Source of the DNA: a virus | Taxonomy: Duplodnaviria > Caudoviricetes | Strand: one strand, 5' to 3' | Length of the DNA stretch: 39,103 nucleotides | IMG/VR virus record: IMGVR_UViG_3300006105_000045 | Coordinates: 1-39,103 of that record | Shown: positions 35,648 to 39,103 of the stretch, in pieces | Layout of the letters: every line of letters begins with the position of its first letter | Numbering within the stretch: the stretch's first letter is position 1 | Notes under the pieces: model-generated | The model's database searches: none | What the model was told of the DNA's origin: nothing | Seen by the model: the letters and a program-made list of their open reading frames with translations, nothing else | Made by a program: the position numbers and the translations under genes

Positions 35648-36195
35648 GGATTACCTTTGTGATGTGGGACATCAAATACAAAAGTTATCCTGACTTCGTT
35701 ACCAATGTTTTCGGTTCCATGCTCCAGTTTATTGTTAAACCAAAGTAAAGTTCCTGGCTCTACATCATAATGTTCATCACCAACATAATATCTATACCTT
35801 CCTTGTATAGACAAATGGTAACGATCTCTTGTTTCATAATATGTACCGATATCGATATGTTTTCCTACTTGTCCACCAACAGGCAACGATAGGAATCCGC
35901 AACGAGAAAAGGTATGGAAGTGTCGCTTCAAGAATCCAATAACTTCCGTATGATGATTATATGCTGGTGTTGGAACGCAAAGTTCTGTATCCCCAACATA
36001 ATCATCCTTACTTTTAACAGCACCAATGACAAGTTGTAGAACACCTGCCTCAACATCAGGAAAGCCAAACTCATCATGGACATTCATAGAACCTTCCATG
36101 CGTTTCTGACCTCCCCAATCTTGTGGGTACTGTTTCAACTGTTTTAATATTTTAGAAACATTAATACCAGTTTTGATTACTCTAATATTATCCAA
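35644..36195 (-). CDS. aspartyl/asparaginyl beta-hydroxylase-like 2OG-Fe(II) oxygenase
   Basis: L..GG.V.KHID.G.YY....RYHL...G.LLWFNN...H...N.....RI..VFD. Confidence 0.82.
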   Translation of the reverse strand: MDNIRVIKTGINVSKILKQLKQYPQDWGGQKRMEGSMNVHDEFGFPDVEAGVLQLVIGAVKSKDDYVGDTELCVPTPAYNHHTEVIGFLKRHFHTFSRCGFLSLPVGGQVGKHIDIGTYYETRDRYHLSIQGRYRYYVGDEHYDVEPGTLLWFNNKLEHGTENIGNEVRITFVFDVPHHKGNP

Positions 36196-38677
36196 AGAAA
36201 TCCTCCAAGGAAGACTGTTCCTCTACATTCCACTTTAATGGTTCAATAACAATCTGAAGCGCATCAAGGAAAACTTTCTGAAATTGTTTCTCATAGTCAA
36301 TATATCTATGTAGGTCAAACTCAGGTGGAAGTGTCTGCGAGAAAGAGATAACATCTTCCTGAATCCTGTTAGGTGTTTTCAGATACACAAACTTAATCTT
36401 GTCGCCATCCTTTAGAGGTTGATACTTGTGTGTTAAGTTTAGTTCTTTCAACTGATGATTAAACAACAAAGCACCACGAACATGAATCGGTGTAGACTTA
36501 CGATAGATTGTAGAACTGGCAGCATATTCTTTGATACCATTAATACCACGAGGAAAGGCAATCTCCTCGATACTCAGCTTATTAAATGTGTCACGGAATT
36601 CTTCAATGTATCTATGTAGTTTCTTCTCGTCACCTTCCAGAATAACATTGATCGAATCTTTAAGTTTGTCACGAATAACTGCTGGCGTAGATGACTTGAC
36701 CATCTCCAAACCCATAACCTTAATCTTAGGTTCAGCAAATTGCACTCCCTCAGAATTATGCACATTTAATATGTATCGTTTCTTGGCAGTCCAAATACCT
36801 TTGTCGGCAAGAACTTCTCGCTTCATCTGCATCTTTTGATCGAACGCATTCATGTAGTCGGCAAGTTCTTTATACCCTTTGTCGATAAATGGTTGAAAAA
36901 CTTCTTCGCAGATTTTATCCATAAACTGAATCTTCTGTTCGTCAGTTTTGCCTGCGCAAGTTGATTCAACCAAAGTTTCAAGAGTAAGATAGATTGAATC
37001 GGTATCAATCGCAATAACATAATCTTTCTTGGTAGTCTTCAGAGTTTTATTCATAAACTCGTTCAACTTGTTTGCCATCCAACGAATACTCAACTGACCA
37101 GAAGTCGTAATACCCTCTGCCATTCGTAAGTCGAAGTAGCGGAAATACTGATTACCCATCGCACCATAAGCTGAGTTCAGAGCAATCTTCATTGCCATCT
37201 GCAGATTATTGAGTCTAGAGATTTCCTTCAGCAGTTCTTTCTTAGACTTGTCTTTCTCATACTGTTGTTGAACGCCAAGCATTTGTTTCTTATACTTGCT
37301 TCGGTCTTTATACATCTTCTCCATAAGTTCAGGCATGAACCCTTGCTTATCTTTACGATAACAAACACCATTCGCAGTCATAGAAACACCTTTGGATTTA
37401 ACTTCAGATGTGTCGAACTTTCTCTCAAGAAGATAATCCACATTGACAGTTTCGCGACCCTCAAGCATTGTCTCAGGCGAGATGTTATACTGCATAATCA
37501 AGTGAGGATATAGACTGTTCAAGTCAAAGGAAGCTACCCACTTGTGAAGTCCAACCAATGGATCCTTAACATAAGCGCCTTCAAACTTATCCCACTTCTT
37601 GTTACCAGAGTTGCCTGGAATAACAATACCTTGATCGCGAAGATGATTATAGATAATCGCATCCCACATTCTAACTTGCGAGAATACATCTTCATAGTTG
37701 ATCTTTGCGTTATATGCCATAACCAACTGAAGTTCAATCAGTTTCATTTTGTCTTCAAGTTTGTCGACAATCTGCACATCGTGAATATTATAGGCAACGA
37801 ACTTCTTCCAGTTCTGTTCATAGAAATCTTTGAACGAACCGTATTCGCTGTAGTCAAGTTTCTTATCGCCCAACTCAACGAAAGCGATATGGTCCAAACG
37901 ATAAGACTCTTGTGTTGTGTATGTGTATTTCTTGTAAAGGTCAAGGTAATCCAACATAGCAACACCTTGAATGTCGTATGTTAATTCCTCACTACCTTTC
38001 ATGGCAACTTTGCGCTGAGTGATTAAATCCCATGGTGATAGTTTCTTAGCGAAAGACTCACCAAGAAGATTCTCAATTCTTCGAGCCAAGTATGGAATAT
38101 CGAAAAAGTTAATATTCCAACCAGTAACAACATCAGGACAGTTCATCTGCCACCAGACTAGAAAGTCTTGAAGCATTGCCGACTCAGATTCAAAACAACG
38201 ATACTCAACATCACCTGAGTTGCCGATAGGTTTACGACCCCAAGTTGTAATGTCTTTTGTTTTGTTATCTTGAATGGTGATGAGAAGCATTTCCTCATTG
38301 GCTTGCTCAATATTAGGAAAGCCAAACTCGGTTGCTGTTTCAATGTCGATTGTGAATACTTTTATCTTATCGGTGTCACCGATAATCTCACCACGATAGT
38401 TGTCGCTAATATATTGAGCAACGAAATTGTTGTTACCATAAATCTCGAAACCAGAAACATCTTTATATCGATCAATATAATCTCGAGTGTCTCGGATTGT
38501 TCCTGGGTTCAGAGGAGCAACATATTTGCCCTCTAGAGTTTTATAATCGGTTGGAGTTTTTGATGGAACAAAGATCGTTGGCTGAAAATCGACACGATGC
38601 TTGAACTGACCATTTTCATCATAGCCACGAACAAGCATTTTACTACCATATTGCACTACATTGGTGTAAAAATTCAA
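36188..38677 (-). CDS. 43: family B DNA polymerase (T4 gp43-like)
   Basis: DIET exonuclease motif, FDLNSLYP, KIALNSAYG, IDTDS, KKRY; C-terminal SLEDFFG clamp-binding tail. Confidence 0.98.
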   Translation of the reverse strand: MNFYTNVVQYGSKMLVRGYDENGQFKHRVDFQPTIFVPSKTPTDYKTLEGKYVAPLNPGTIRDTRDYIDRYKDVSGFEIYGNNNFVAQYISDNYRGEIIGDTDKIKVFTIDIETATEFGFPNIEQANEEMLLITIQDNKTKDITTWGRKPIGNSGDVEYRCFESESAMLQDFLVWWQMNCPDVVTGWNINFFDIPYLARRIENLLGESFAKKLSPWDLITQRKVAMKGSEELTYDIQGVAMLDYLDLYKKYTYTTQESYRLDHIAFVELGDKKLDYSEYGSFKDFYEQNWKKFVAYNIHDVQIVDKLEDKMKLIELQLVMAYNAKINYEDVFSQVRMWDAIIYNHLRDQGIVIPGNSGNKKWDKFEGAYVKDPLVGLHKWVASFDLNSLYPHLIMQYNISPETMLEGRETVNVDYLLERKFDTSEVKSKGVSMTANGVCYRKDKQGFMPELMEKMYKDRSKYKKQMLGVQQQYEKDKSKKELLKEISRLNNLQMAMKIALNSAYGAMGNQYFRYFDLRMAEGITTSGQLSIRWMANKLNEFMNKTLKTTKKDYVIAIDTDSIYLTLETLVESTCAGKTDEQKIQFMDKICEEVFQPFIDKGYKELADYMNAFDQKMQMKREVLADKGIWTAKKRYILNVHNSEGVQFAEPKIKVMGLEMVKSSTPAVIRDKLKDSINVILEGDEKKLHRYIEEFRDTFNKLSIEEIAFPRGINGIKEYAASSTIYRKSTPIHVRGALLFNHQLKELNLTHKYQPLKDGDKIKFVYLKTPNRIQEDVISFSQTLPPEFDLHRYIDYEKQFQKVFLDALQIVIEPLKWNVEEQSSLEDFFG

Positions 38678-39072
38678 TTTGTTTCCTTAACGATTTCTTT
38701 ATAACCTGCCCAGCTTGGGTGAATCCCATCTGGTTGTAATCTAGTAATTGGTAAAACAGTGTCGCCATATTCGGCAGCAACTTTTTTAACAATCTCTTGA
38801 ATGTTTGGTTTGATAGCAGGTAGAATCCAATAAACTCTATCCGCTTTCGTCATTGTTCGGATTGTTCTTAATTCTTCTTCAGTCTTAACATACTTGTGGT
38901 CGTTGCTACCTAAACTGATGATAATAGTTTTTGCTTCGTATGGAGCTTTACCAATGTTTCGATTGACCCATTGGTAACTGTTTACGCCAACCTCAGCATA
39001 ATATTCACAACTAGGTTTAAATACATGAGTTCCGACAGCTATACTGTCCCCCATAATTAAACATTCTAACAT
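38674..39072 (-). CDS. minimal SGNH/GDSL hydrolase-family protein
   Basis: GDSIA, G, SLGSND and DGIHP blocks. Confidence 0.8.
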   Translation of the reverse strand: MLECLIMGDSIAVGTHVFKPSCEYYAEVGVNSYQWVNRNIGKAPYEAKTIIISLGSNDHKYVKTEEELRTIRTMTKADRVYWILPAIKPNIQEIVKKVAAEYGDTVLPITRLQPDGIHPSWAGYKEIVKETN

Positions 39073-39103
39073 AATTATTTCCCATAAAGTAACATCATAA
39101 TAT

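Noticed and set aside
442-38536. Plus-strand ORFs such as 442..939, 5424..5906, 22568..22957, 28224..28739, 29646..30095 and 37544..37984
   Set aside because: They are antisense shadows of well-supported minus-strand genes, with no recognisable motifs.
1-39103. Stop-codon reassignment, tRNA or other structured RNA genes
   Set aside because: TAA, TAG and TGA all end conserved genes at the expected positions. Once the micro-ORFs are included, intergenic gaps are short and show no cloverleaf.

Overview
This window is a fragment of a large T4-like lytic phage genome, with essentially every gene on the minus strand. Spanins and lipoboxes point to a Gram-negative host. Read in the direction of transcription (39 kb to 1), it contains: SGNH hydrolase, DNA polymerase gp43, a 2OG-Fe(II) hydroxylase, UvsX, gp40 and helicase gp41; a TET/JBP-family dioxygenase, a GT-B glycosyltransferase, a HEXXH protein and a putative PD-(D/E)XK protein; a block under late-promoter-like TAAATA motifs with unusually His-rich proteins whose N-termini resemble the T4 capsid-targeting sequence (a KxDG ligase-like protein, two cytidylyltransferase-like proteins, two polyprotein-like proteins); virion proteins, spanins, primase and ThyX; NrdA and NrdB separated by a 2OG-Fe(II) oxygenase and homospermidine synthase; a GIY-YIG nuclease; a ~7 kb block of membrane/secreted proteins including a NIDO-like protein with ten Cys-rich 22-aa repeats; ErpA/IscA, a BPL_N protein, a tiny ArfA-like ORF and DNA ligase. 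The strongest candidate systems are (1) a replisome-tethered DNA hypermodification module, since both the TET/JBP enzyme and the glycosyltransferase end in a sliding-clamp-like tail closely matching the polymerase's, and (2) a putative capsid-packaged, His-rich enzyme/polyprotein payload. I saw no tRNA, rRNA, CRISPR array, intron or intein. All family calls come from motif recognition by eye; no searches were run.
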